Source: Felis catus (lineage: Eukaryota). Taken from it: 64,000 nucleotides of DNA. The translations under genes were made by a program, and so were the position numbers. This document shows, in pieces, positions 49,862-60,833 of this stretch. The stretch spans positions 120,840,001 to 120,904,000 of the forward strand of contig NC_058368.1 of NCBI RefSeq assembly GCF_018350175.1. The letters are read 5' to 3'. The notes under the pieces are model-generated. The model searched no databases. It was given only the letters and a program-made list of their open reading frames with translations, and was not told where the DNA came from. Position 1 is the stretch's first letter; each line of letters begins with the position of its first letter.

Positions 49862-50084
49862 TTTTATTTTTTTTAATTTTTTTTTAATATTTATTTTTGA
49901 GAGTGAGAGAGACAGAGTGCTAGTGGGGAAGGGGCAGAGAGAGAAGGAGACATAGAATCTGAAGCAGGCTCCAGGATCAGAGCTGTCAGCACAGAGCCTG
50001 ATACACGGCTGAAACTCACAGGCACTGAGATCATGACCTGAGCTGAAGTTGAACGCTTAACTGACTGAGCCACCCAGGCACCCC
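49862..50084 (-). mobile_element. Can-SINE nested in L1
   Basis: Complete antisense SINE ending GAGCCACCCAGGCACCCC. Confidence 0.95.
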
Positions 50085-50219
50085 TCTGTTTCCCCAATTT
50101 TCTTGACTTTGTTTCTGTTTCTTTGGATTAAGTAGAAGAGCTACTTGTGCTAAACTTAAAGGAATGGTCTTGTGTATGGTCATCTCCTAAGTAGATTGTG
50201 TGTGTGTTTGAGGACAGAC

Positions 50220-51420
50220 TTTGTGGGCTGACTGGAGCTGTGGCTGGCATAGACTGAGGGTCCTGGAACCCTCCACATAGCAGACACCCTGTCATGACAG
50301 CTAAAACTGAAATAGTCTGGGGCGCCTGGGTGGCGCAGTCGGTTAAGCGTCCGACTTCAACCAGGTCACGATCTCGCGGTCCGGGAGTTCGAGCCCCGCG
50401 TCAGGCTCTGGGCTGATGGCTCGGAGCCTGGAGCCTGTTTCTGATTCTGTGTCTCCCTCTCTCTCTGCCCCTCCCCCGTTCATGCTCTGTCTCTCTCTGT
50501 CCCAAAAATAAATAAACGTTGAAAAAAAATTTAAAAAAATAATAATAATAAAAAAAAACTGAAATAGTCTGGGGTGTCCTATTCTGGGTGGCTGGAGCTG
50601 ATTAACTGTGTGGGCCAGAAGGTTTCTTAATGCTCTGCAAAGAGGATGCCCTGGTAGAATAGTTGAAACTGAAGTGGGTGTAAGCTGAGTGGAATTGGGG
50701 CTCTACACACAGCAAGCATCTTGGCAGGGTAGCTGAAGCAGCAGTTGATGTAAATCAAGGTGTTCCTGGACTCTATGTACAGAGGATATCCTGAAGTGGT
50801 GGCTGGAGCTGAGGCATGGAATAGTCCTGGAGGTCCTGCGTGCTCTCTGTAGGAGGCATCTTGGAAGTACAACTAAAGCTAAAATGGGCATAGGCCAATG
50901 TGATTCCTGGGCTCTCTGCACAAAATGTGCCCTGGTGGGAGAGCTGAATTTGCATTGCGTGCAAGCTGGGTGGTCCTGGAGCTCTCCACAGTGATAGTGA
51001 CCCGGCGGGACAACTGATGCGGAATTAGGTGTAAGCAGGTGTCCCAAGGTGTTCACATTGCAGGAGGTGCTCTAGTCTGAGAGCTGAAACCAAGGCCGGC
51101 ATGTGTAGGAGTGTTCCAGGGTACTCTACACGGCGGGTGGCCTGGCAGGGCGGCTAGATCTGAAGCAGACATCATCAGCTGAGATGTTCTGGAGTGCTCT
51201 GCATTCACGGTGCTGTAGCAAGCCATCTGAAGTCCAAACGGTGTGGGCCTGGAGTGTTCTGGAGAGCTTTGTGCCTGTGTCACCTGGGAGTGAAGGCTGG
51301 GGCCGTAGTGAGTCCTATCCAGGTGTGTTCCAGTGTTGCACCACTGTGTGGCTGTCCTGGTGGAACACTGGGGGGTGGTGTAGGTTAGGGACCCAGGGCC
51401 CCCTGAGGCAGCAGGCTGGT
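50220..51420. repeat. Degenerate ~70-bp GC-rich tandem array in the old L1 5' region
   Basis: (A/G)GCTG(A/G)AGCTG-like motif recurs near 50591, 50661, 50731, 50801, 50871, 50941, 51011, 51081, 51151, 51225 and 51295, each followed by G(T)GTCCTGG..CTCT..ACA. Confidence 0.8.
50319..50554 (+). mobile_element. Young SINEC_Fc-type SINE, 16-bp TSD
   Basis: GGGGCGCCTGGGTGGCGCAGTCGGTTAAGCGTCCGAC head with CpGs intact; TSD AAAACTGAAATAGTCT at 50303-50318 and 50555-50570. Confidence 0.98.
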
Positions 51421-51589
51421 TATAGTGCCTTGAGTGTGCACTGGTCTGTGCTTTCAAGGTGGAGGAGAGTGGAGACCCCTCTTAGCCCCTTCTACCCGGA
51501 CGGCGTTCCAGCAACTCCCTCCATTCGGGAAGGTTCTGTGGCTCATTTTATATGCTAGTTGCTCTTTTAAGCCATGGGTTTTTAAAGAA

Positions 51590-51740
51590 AGATAATTATA
51601 GTAATGATAATAAAATAAAAAGGAAAACGAAAATGAAATGAAAAAGGAAAAAGAAAAAATGAAAAGAAAAAGAGAAAGCAAGAAAGAAAAAGAAGAAAGA
51701 AAAATAAAATCAAAAAGAAAAAAACAAGAGGAAAAAAAAC
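51590..51740 (+). repeat. Low-complexity A/G-rich tract (pyrimidine tract of the antisense L1 5'UTR)
   Basis: AAAAGGAAAACGAAAATGAAATGAAAAAGG...AAAGAAAAAAAC. Confidence 0.8.
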
Positions 51741-52963
51741 CTCCAAACCCACGGCTTATTTTCTGTGTCCCAGAACCCCAGGGGATGATGTGGGCTTGTA
51801 GACCCTGGGCTTGCTGAGGTCATAAGCTCACTCTGACGACCAGATCCACCAGCTGGGGTGTCCAGACCCTGCTCCAGTTGGGCTTTTAGGGTGGGGTGGG
51901 AATATGAACCATGTCCTTCTCCAGTCCCTCTGACCTGGAGAGTGTTCCCACAGCTCCTGAGCCACTTGGCAGAGTTATAATGTTGTCTCTTTTACATGAT
52001 AGTTGCTTTTCTTCTGTGCCCAAGGACAGAAGGATCGGTTTCCAGTCCCTCGGTTCAGTCCCTCCCATGTTACCGTGTCTCTATCTGTCTTGCTGTTCTC
52101 CTTTGCTGTTCTTTCTGTATTTGTTTGTTCAGGAGCTGTTCTATCAAGCCCTAAGTTATTCTTCAGGAGAAATTGTTCTATAAATAGGTATGATTTTGTG
52201 AGTTCCATGAAGGATTTGAGTTCAGGGTTCTTCCTATGTCACCCTGTTGGACTAGAACTCATGAAACACTTTCTAAACATCTTTACTATCTAAGATAAAC
52301 ACTATGTAGTGATTATCTTCAAAAGAGCTTAGAGAAGGAATATTTGACCTTGTTAGTGAAGTCTGAGAAGAATTTTCTAAGGAAGTAATGCTTGCATTAA
52401 GATTGGCATGATGAAATGAAAAAATTAGCATGTTGAATGATTGTGAGTAGGTGCTGGTGAGGGAAGGGGACAGTATACGTGAAGGTTCTGAAGTTACGGT
52501 CTGTTATGGAGCAGTTACAGAAGTCATGGAGCAGTTACGTCAAAGCAGAACATTGGAATGGAACATAGGGCAAAAGGAGACTAAAGAGATTGGCAGGAAC
52601 TAATATATGGCAGCCGAAAGGAAAGTAACAATGTGATTGGTACTCTTGTAAGGGCTTTACTGTATTAACTTATTTAATCCTTATAAAGGTGTATAAAATT
52701 ATAAACTCTTCTTAGTGATCAAGAAGCTGAGACAGAGTTTAAAAAACTTGCCTGAGATCAGTGGTCCAGTTCTAAAAATATTACAGTCAGGATTTGAGTG
52801 CAGGATGCTCTAGAGTAAAATCTCTTAACCCGTCTCAATCCTTGGAAGAGCAAAGCACTGATTTTCTGGGTGTCCTTGACTATATCTGTATAATGGAAAA
52901 GTATAGGGATTCAGAAGAATTTCAGGTTCTTCCTGAAATTGAAGAAATTCTATGAAAAAATTT

Positions 52964-53185
52964 GGGGCACCTGGGTGGCTCATTCAGCTATGCATCTGAC
53001 TTCAGCTCAGGTCATGATCTCACAGTTTGTGGGTTTCAGCCCCATATCAGGCTCTGTGCCCATAGTTAAGAGCCTGGAACCTGCTTTGGACTCTGTGTCT
53101 CCCTCTCTCTCTGCCCCTCCCAAGCTCGCTCGCGCTCGCTCTCTCTCTCTCTCTCTCTCTCAAAAATAAATAAACATTAAAAAAA
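52964..53185 (+). mobile_element. Can-SINE, 10-bp TSD
   Basis: GGGGCACCTGGGTGGCTC head, (CT)n tract, AATAAA tail; TSD GAAAAAATTT at 52954-52963 and 53186-53195. Confidence 0.95.
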
Positions 53186-53294
53186 GAAAAAATTTATATG
53201 TGCTTTTTTTTTGTGGGAAAAGAAGCTATACTTTTCACCACATTCTTCCTAGAACTCAATAAATTGAGAACTGCAGATTATTCTAGATTATTTT

Positions 53295-53665
53295 CTAGAA
53301 TACTTTATTTTGAGATAATTGTACACTCACATGCAGTAGCAGGAAACAATACACAGAGATCCTGTATAATCCTCACCCAGTTTCTGTCAGTGGTAACATC
53401 TTGTGTAACTTCAGCCTATCACAACTAGGAAATTGATAGGGATACAGTGCACTAACCTTACGCAGATTTCACCAGTTTGACATGCACTAATTTGTGTGTG
53501 TGTGAGAAAGAGAGAGAAACAGAGAATTTAGTTGTATGCATTTTTAGTATATGTGGGTTTGCATAATTACCATCGCAGTCAAGATATAGAACAATTCCAT
53601 CACGAGGATCCCTTATGCTACCCTCTTATAAACAGAGACATTTTCTTCCCCCAACAACCTCTCAC
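53295..53665 (-). mobile_element. Old L1 (L1MC-like) 3' end
   Basis: TTTATTTTGAGATAATTGTACACTCACATGCAG...ACAGAGATCCTGTA..CACCCAGTTTC..TGGTAACATCTTG...TCACAACTAGGAAATTGA. Confidence 0.75.
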
Positions 53666-54125
53666 TTGATTATTTTTAAGAAAAAGAGCTGATATATTAC
53701 TTTATCATTATTTATCATATGAGTCTGAGACATTTCTCCCCCTTGATATTGTACCGTATTAAGGAGTTTACTTTATAATGAAGAGAGATTAATGAATAAG
53801 ACATCTCAGTTGAATTTTGGTTAGCTGTTTTCATAGCAGTACCTTGCAAAAACAAATGAATAAAGCCTTCTCCAAATTAGAAAATCTTGCTTTTCAAATA
53901 AGAGAAGGCATCTTTCCTAACTCCATCATTTTCCTAGCTGTAGGATCTCTCTGGCTCTCATCATTTCCGTGTGAGTCATTGCAACATTGACTGCTAGAAG
54001 CTATTGTTATCACTGGTATTGTTAATAACCAGATATGTCTCCCATGATCCAGTTTTGCCACTCTCTGATATATTTTTCACAGAGCATTCAGAGTGACCTT
54101 TATAAAAGTAAAATCCAGACACGGA

Positions 54126-54305
54126 TTTTTTAGATGTTTATCTATCTATCTGTCTGGAGAAAGAGAGAAAGAGAGAGCAAGGGAGGGGCTGAGAGAGAGG
54201 GAGAGAGAGAATCCCAAGTAGGGCTTGATCTCACTACAATGAGATCATGACCTGAGCTGAAATCAAGAGTCAGACACTTAACCGACTGAGCCACCCACAT
54301 GCCCC
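54126..54305 (-). mobile_element. Can-SINE with an internal deletion
   Basis: GAATCCCAAG joins directly to TAGGGCTTGATC, skipping the usual GCTCC..CTGTCAGCACAGAGCC block seen in the other copies. Confidence 0.9.
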
Positions 54306-54974
54306 AAGAAGTAAATGAATGAATGAAGTAGAGCAAGAGGGAAAGAAAATGGATCAGACTTTCCATTGCTTCACTGTCTCTTTTTTTCACAGAACTTCAT
54401 TGTTTAGCTTCAAGTCACTTTTTGGTATGTTAGACATTTCCACCTTTAAATACAAATCCCAAACTCATTCTTACCCCAGAAGAAACAATCAGTTTCTTAC
54501 AGGTATTTGTTTTAAATACTCACCTAGTTGTTTGTCTATCCTTGAGAGTAAACTGAATCTTCTGAATCTTTGAATAAAAGCTTGATTTTTGCCTGAAGGA
54601 AGAAGCATGGGATTTTAAAGAGGTTGAGAAACCGTCTCATGTGGCAACCACTGACCTGATTTGGAGCCTGCAATCATGCTTGAGAATAAGAGTGTTCGTG
54701 ATGGGCTTTCCCTGTTGTGTTCCCAGAGTTTCTGAAGTCAAGAGGTGAGTGCATCAACTGCCTACAGACTTTAGGTGGGAAAAACTCTAACTCCACATTA
54801 CTTAGAAATTTTAAAAAGCCAGTATCATTTGGGACTTTTAATTGTGCTCTGCTCTTGGGTAGTGGGTATAAGTTAGATCCTCCCAGAGATCTCTCTCCAC
54901 CCCTCCAATTTACCAGCAGCAGAAAAAGCTGTGCATGATGGTTTAAGATGGTGTAGGATTTTGGATTTGATGCA

Positions 54975-55348
54975 GCCTGGATAAACCTAGAAGATATTAA
55001 TTATGTGAAATGAAATAAGCCAGACACAGAAAGAAAAACTGTACAATCTCATTTATACATGGAATCTTAGGAAACGTTAAATACACAGAAGCAGAGAGTA
55101 GAAAGAGTGCTTACCAGGGGCAAAGACACGGGTAAACAGAGAGATGTTGTGGAGGGTCCAATGTTGCAGTCATGTAGGATGATTAAGTCTAGTGATACAA
55201 TTGGCTAAGAGAGTAGATTGCAGGTGTTTTCATTACAAGAAAAAAATTATAACTACTGAGGAGAGAATAAATGAATTAGCTTGACTTCAGTAATCATTTC
55301 ACTATACATAAATCATCATGTTGTACACTTTAAATACCTAAAATTTTT
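54975..55348 (+). mobile_element. Old L1 (L1MA-like) 3' end
   Basis: TGGATAAACCTAGAAGATATT...GAAATAAGCCAGACACAGAAAG...GCTAAGAGAGTAGATT...AAATCATCATGTTGTACACTTTAAATA. Confidence 0.8.
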
Positions 55349-55354
55349 GCTCAA

Positions 55355-55552
55355 GAGGCTTTGGAATTGTCCTAATTTAGCATTAGTTCCATTTCTTCCC
55401 CTCGCTCAGTGTTGACCTTGGACAAGCTACTTAACCTTCTGAGTCTGGGTTTTCTCATTGCTAAAGAGGATGTGAAACAACTCACATCCTGCTTGTGAAG
55501 CATTGAATGAGGGGACATAGACCAGTGGCGCAGAGTAATAAATGTTCACTGG
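55355..55552 (+). mobile_element. MIR
   Basis: TGACCTTGGACAAGCTACTTAACCTTCTGAGTCTGGGTTTTCTCATTG. Confidence 0.6.
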
Positions 55553-55629
55553 CAGTAGCTTTAGTATTAGCATTGGTATTAACATTAGCATTAGTATCGG
55601 TTTTGGTTACTTTTAAAATGAAAAGTGAA

Positions 55630-55802
55630 AAATATAGCTAACTTGTATCAAATACTTTTTAATATAACAGAAACCACATGAGGTGTACTACATGCATTAT
55701 GACATTGAGTCCACACAGTAATCCCTCAAAATACAGATATATATTCCCATTTTGTAAAGGAGGAAACGGAAGCTCAGAGGTAAAGGAACTGACCCCCCAC
55801 AG
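55630..55802 (-). mobile_element. MIR
   Basis: TCCCATTTTGTAAAGGAGGAAACGGAAGCTCAGAGGTAAAGGAACTG. Confidence 0.6.
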
Positions 55803-55841
55803 CTCTCTGTTCTGTATAGAATTTGTGCGACTTTTCATGCA

Positions 55842-56040
55842 TTTCTTTTTCTTAGAGAAAGAGAGAGAGAGAGCCCAAGCAGGGAGGCACAGAGAGAGGG
55901 AGAGACAGAGAATCCCAAGTAGGCTCCATACTGTCAGCACAGAACCCGACATGGGTCTTGAAATCATGAACCATGAGATCATGACCTGAGCCGAAATCAA
56001 GAGTTGGACACTTACCCTCACTGAACCACCCAGGTGCCCC
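55842..56040 (-). mobile_element. Can-SINE
   Basis: GAATCCCAAGTAGGCTCCATACTGTCAGCACAG...GAGATCATGACCTGAGCCGAAATCAAGAG...CCACCCAGGTGCCCC. Confidence 0.94.
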
Positions 56041-56349
56041 TTGTCAGGCATTTCTGCCCAGAGCCACACATACACAACATGGGGTGCTTAGTTGGCTTGT
56101 GCTCCTTATCCGGCCTCGGGATCAGAATTGGCCCTTCTGTTCCTGACCCTAAGAGGGATTAGTTTGCCTCACCTCCTTGCTCCGGACCAGGCTGGCCCCC
56201 TGGAATGGATCAGGGAGCAAAAAGAAATATACAGATGCCCAGGCCCCTAGGATTGTGAGATATGCGAAGAGAAATAGAGAAAAAAACTCCAGCTTTCTCA
56301 GGTTTCACTTAGGCAAATTTAATGACTAACCACAGATCACACGTGGGTA

Positions 56350-56503
56350 GTGTGTATATATATATACATATATATATGTGTATATATATGTATATATATA
56401 TACACATACATATATACGTATATATATACACACACATATATATGTATATACATATATATGTGTGTGTATATATATATACATATATATATATATGTATATA
56501 TAT
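56350..56503. repeat. Compound (TA/CA/TG)n tract containing a perfect 58-bp palindrome
   Basis: About 150 bp of strictly alternating pyrimidine/purine; 56419-56476 equals its own reverse complement. Confidence 0.95.
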
Positions 56504-57564
56504 TGCCCTGGCAGGAATAGTTGGAAGCTTCATCTGAGGGGTGGACATTCTGTCCATGATCCTCAGTCGGGACTCCAACCAGGTTGTTGACTATAGGGCT
56601 TCCCCATCCAGAAGGTTGGATGTTGTGAGCACCTGATTTGATGTATTAACCCTTCTTTGTTCTTCTCTATACTTCTTTTCTTCTCTATGTTTAATTCCAT
56701 GTATTCCCTTTCCCTATAATTAATTAAGCTTTCCTCCACAAAACAGAAAGTGCCGCTGTCATGAATTACTATTATTGAGAACAGTCTCCAGAAGTAGAAC
56801 TGTTAATCAAATCTCATGACTACAATAACCCTGAAGGGTCAGTCAGTCCAGAGTTTTCCAGGGACCTTGGAGTTGGCCTTTTCTGGGAGGATCTAACTTT
56901 ATGGGCTGATGTAATTCCTGATGCACTTTGAGCTTGCTCTAGAGCAAGGGACAGACTTAAAGACTTACCACATAGAGAACTGAGCAGCGTTTCTTCTTTT
57001 GTGCTTTGGATCTGCTGCCTCTCCAAGTTACTAATGGCTTCTATTCTTGCTCAAATCCCCAGTTAGTTTCACTGTTTAGCTGAGAGGAGGGTGTGCCTTC
57101 ATCTAGGGCATCTTTGCCCCTTGAGGTGTCTCTGCTCTGGAAATGGCCAACACCTTCGAGTGCTCTGGCTGGAGTGCCCCAAATGCAGGCACTGATTCTT
57201 GTTTTGATACCTGAACTCCATACTAATGAGGAGGGTGGTCTACTCTGCCCAGATGGACCATAGGTAAGGGGACAGAATCTTTTGTAGCTGACCTGTGACC
57301 CATTCCTGTGAGTGGTGCTTTGAGATGGAGACTCTGGCCAGTCTTCAATTCACAAACAGTGGGTGAGGGGGTCAGCTGAGAACGATAATCTCACACAGCA
57401 GGGAGTGTGCTACAAAATTCTCCCCTATTAGAGAGACATCTGTGCCGAGCTGACCTGGGATTTCTGCCTGTTTCTCCATGGCTTTTTGACCCCTGGAAAA
57501 ACAAGAAGTCTTCTGAGAAGCAGTACAGAATTCTAAAGACATTGCAGAGCAAGAAAGTGATGTG

Positions 57565-57682
57565 CCAATTCTCCTTCTGAGCATGTACACCACAGAAATT
57601 CTTTCTATTGGCCACATGCGGGAGGGAACCTGTGCCAGGATGCTCATTGCTACATTGCTTTTAATAAAGAAAAAGTAAAACA
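57565..57682 (+). mobile_element. Ancient L1 (L1ME-like) fragment, left part
   Basis: CAATTCTCCTTCTGAGCATGTACACCACAGAAATT...CCAGGATGCTCATTGCTACATTGCTTTTAATA. Confidence 0.55.
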
Positions 57683-58502
57683 GTTTATCATGTGACTAAA
57701 GATAAGGCAGTTTCAAATATACAGTTACCACTTCCCATGTTTTCAATCAGAAAATTAAAAAAAGAGATTTGGGATCAAACTGCACATAGAAACATTGGGA
57801 TGTGACAGAAATCGCCAACTCCTTACTTAAAATGTTAAATATACATATTTGAAATCATATTGTACATAAAATTTTAACTAAAAAGTATTTTTCTTTTTCT
57901 GAAGTTACATATTTGAGAAAATGATTTGACTTCAACTCCTCCTCTGTGCCCTGACATCAGGGTTCTCATTAGCAGAGAACCACTTTCTGAGTCCTATAGT
58001 GTCCCAGGGTATATCATACTGTGTTTATGAGTCAATGATGTTTCCTTTGGAAATTTTTTTCCTGACTAGAAGGATACATCTGCTTTAACATTAGGATGGG
58101 TCATTTATTCATGTGTCCTATAGTTAGGTGTTCGCTTTCCAATGACACAACCAGTTACTATTTTGGTCTAACGTGATCTTTAAAGGGCTTATGTATAATG
58201 GCATTCAGCACTTGGAGTTATGAGGTCTTAAATTCATAAATAATTACCTGAGCTGTGTTCAATTTCTCTTTAGTATTCTTTTAAAAAATATATTCCATTA
58301 GGTGACTTACTTTGCTTCGTATGTAAAGCTAATGTTGCATAGTTTTTTGTTTCTTTTTCTTTTTTTTCTGGATAATGTGTCTTCCCCAATGGTGCTACGT
58401 TAAAACTAAAGGAATTCCAAGATTGTTCCATAATGTGAAAGGCTTTGTATGAGGACTTCTTCTGAGTGGTAACTTTCGAGAAACTTTTGGCATTATGTTC
58501 TG

Positions 58503-59010
58503 GTATACATGTCATCATTTAGGAAAGGAAAAAAAGTAAAATGAAGTATATTCATATAATGGAATATCATACAGAAGTTAAAAGGAATCAAGTCTCTGTC
58601 TCTTTCTCTGTCTGTCTCCCTCTGTGGCTAGATTTCAAATACATGGATGACTAGAAAACCACATTGCAGAATGATACATACAGTATGATGACATTTGTCC
58701 TAATTAAAACTCCTAAAATAATATAAATGCTGTTATACATACACATAAAAGATATAAAAAGGATTGGATACATAGTTAAAAGACACAATCTTGATAAAAG
58801 GGAAGGGTAATTGGGAATTAAGACAGAAATTTTACTTGTATTTGTAGTATTTTATTTCATTTATTTAAAGAAAAGACTTGAAGCAAACATGATAACATTT
58901 GAACAGTTTCTACTTCTTGGTAATGGATACACATCTTACTCAATTTTTTTTGGTTATATTTTAATGTCTCAATACATATGAATGAGTAAAAGAAATAAAA
59001 AGAAAAGCAA
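58503..59010 (+). mobile_element. Ancient L1 (L1ME-like) fragment, right part
   Basis: ATGTCATCATTTAGG...TATATTCATATAATGGAATATCATACAG...TTGCAGAATGATACATACAGTATGAT...TGAAGCAAACATGATAACATT. Confidence 0.6.
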
Positions 59011-59364
59011 TGTGGCCATTTTTTCCCATTTGTAGAGAGACAGGTTGTATCGGAAAGGGAATAGGTCGAATGAGGTTAAAATTTTCTCCAGCAGGGCCCC
59101 ATTGTGTGGTCAAACACAACCTGGAACTGGTGCTTTTCATCCATAGTGTAAATTAAGACTGTGTTTTCACCAACCTGGTTTTCATAGAGGGAATGAAGAT
59201 TGACAGGTTGTTGGCAATGGGTTTTTCTTTGAACTTGGTTCCAAGAAAATGCCACCTGGCTGTGACTGCCTTTTCTGCCCTATACGGTATCTGGGTCAGC
59301 CCCAGGCAGCGTTTCTCACCATGCCAGCTCCCTGGTCCTTGAGGAGTTCAGATAAAGCTTCTGG

Positions 59365-59642
59365 AGCAGAACCGGCAAAGTGATGGCCCTTGGGTGTATC
59401 CCACTCAGAGATATGTTTTGTTTGGCCTACACAGTGACTTTTAAAGAGATTTTAAAATGCTTAAAAATAGGGAGATTTCACAGCCACACTGCGCCCCCAT
59501 TTTTAACACGGCAGCTGTCAACCACAGTTAACCCGAGTCTGCTCCTTCCTAGGAGGTGTGGGCTCTCCGTTGGCTGCGTTGTTCCCTCCCAGCTTTGCCG
59601 GCCTTAACTGGCCCCTGCAGGAATTTGAGCCTGCTGTCCTCT
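59365..59642 (-). mobile_element. MER102-like hAT DNA transposon
   Basis: GCAAAGTGATGGCCC...ATGTTTTGTTTGGCCTACACAGTG...GGGAGATTTCACA...GGCCCCTGCAGGAATTTGAG. Confidence 0.7.
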
Positions 59643-60124
59643 ATGAAGAGTAACTTTGTGACAGGCAACAGCTAACACTTTGCATTAGACGGTGCCAATC
59701 TTTTACAGAAATGCTGGCAAAGCGTTATATGGGAAAGTTCATTTTAGCTCCCCACTGTGTCTAATTATAAGTAAATGGTTGGAACATTTAAACATGCCAC
59801 AGAAGAATGACTAGAATCTCAGCAGCCTGCACGGCTCTATTTTCCCCAGTCTGGGATTAACTAACTGACTTTTCCTCATCTTTAATTTCTGCCAATGAAA
59901 CGCTGCCCTTCCCATAAAGGCTTCAAATTTGTTAACTTCTTGTCCTTTTAGGATCTCTATGCACATTGACTAATAATGCCCCTGGGAAATATCTGGGGTC
60001 TTCTCTTGCCTGGAAGTTCAAATGGAACCATTTTTAATGTAAATTGTGCTCAATCTTAGACACTCAGAAAAAAATAAAAATGAACAAAGGGAGGCTGTGG
60101 TCATGATTCACAGAAAGTTTATTT

Positions 60125-60565
60125 TGATTCGTTCATTCAACAAATATTGAGTACTATATTCCAGGCATTGTGCTAGTTGCTAGGGGTAAAATGCTAATAT
60201 AAAGCAGACAATCTATGTCTTCTTGAGGCTTACATTCTCATGAAAAATATTAAAACATATTAGTATCATTATTTAATTACAATCGCATGGTATCATGGGA
60301 AGTTCAGAATCCTCAGGAAGGTCCTAACTCCAGGAATTCACCTTCTATGAGATGTTGGCCATGAAAGGAAAGGAATGGGGAGAGGGGAAGATGAAGGGAG
60401 CAAGTGGGGAGAGCATTCCACTGTTGAGAAGAACAGGTGAATAGGTGAAGAGTGGACTGTGTGTCTGGGGAACTGAGGAAGCTGGCATGTCTGGGGCACA
60501 GAGGTATGAGATGAGATCTGAGAGGTACTCAGGGGTGGACCAGCAAATGTGAGGGTTCAGGCTTT
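60125..60565 (-). mobile_element. L2 3' remnant
   Basis: ATTCGTTCATTCAACAAATATTGAGTACTATATTCCAGGCATTGTGCTAG...GAGGCTTACATTCT. Confidence 0.75.
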
Positions 60566-60786
60566 TCATTTTACCTCTTTTTGCAGGTGATTTTATAGAA
60601 AGATGATTTCCTACTTTTCCTTGCCTTACCCATCAGCTCAGATGACCCTGGAATGTGTACTTTTGAAATCACTTTGGACACTTGGGATGAAAGGCCTCTA
60701 AATGTTTCATCTTTCTGTTGAGTAGTTTATCCGTCAGATTCCCACTTGAGTTTTCTCAGGAACAGTAAAGATGAATGCAACATGCA

Positions 60787-60824
<38 letters not shown>

Positions 60825-60833
60825 TAATAATAA
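60787..60833 (+). repeat. (AAT)n microsatellite, one interruption
   Basis: Direct reading. Confidence 0.95.

Larger units (their letters stand above)
46717..52260 (-). mobile_element. Older carnivore-type L1 with both ends retained and a large internal deletion
   Basis: 3'UTR at ~46720-47100; ORF2 3' half to ~49487 (peptides [40 protein letters not shown]); ORF1 5' part ~49488-50200; 5' terminus GAGTTCTAGTCCAACAGGGTGACATAGGAAG at 52260; direct repeat ATGAAACAC at 46708-46716 and 52261-52269. Confidence 0.88.

Noticed and set aside
50220..51420. Regular ~70-bp periodicity as a CRISPR-like repeat-spacer array
   Set aside because: Whole units are mutually similar and degenerate, with no invariant repeat plus unique spacer and no cas genes; it lies inside a mammalian L1
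197..56075. Recurring ORFs resembling one another (e.g. MAQSVKHWTLAQVMI..., ...WVAQSVKRSTSAQVMIS..., at 6477, 7547, 33567, 49891, 52939, 54142, 55659)
   Set aside because: They are translations of Can-SINE bodies, not a protein family
56309..56590. Tyr/Ile/His-rich ORFs
   Set aside because: Translations of the dinucleotide microsatellite
57670..58541. AAAAAGTAAAA direct repeat as the TSD of a retrocopy
   Set aside because: Both copies fall within sequence that appears to belong to the flanking L1ME-like element, and the motif is low-complexity
59930..60040. Splice-acceptor-like sequence (..CTTCTTGTCCTTTTAG|GATC) as a coding exon start
   Set aside because: All three frames hit stops within ~90 nt and no strong donor follows
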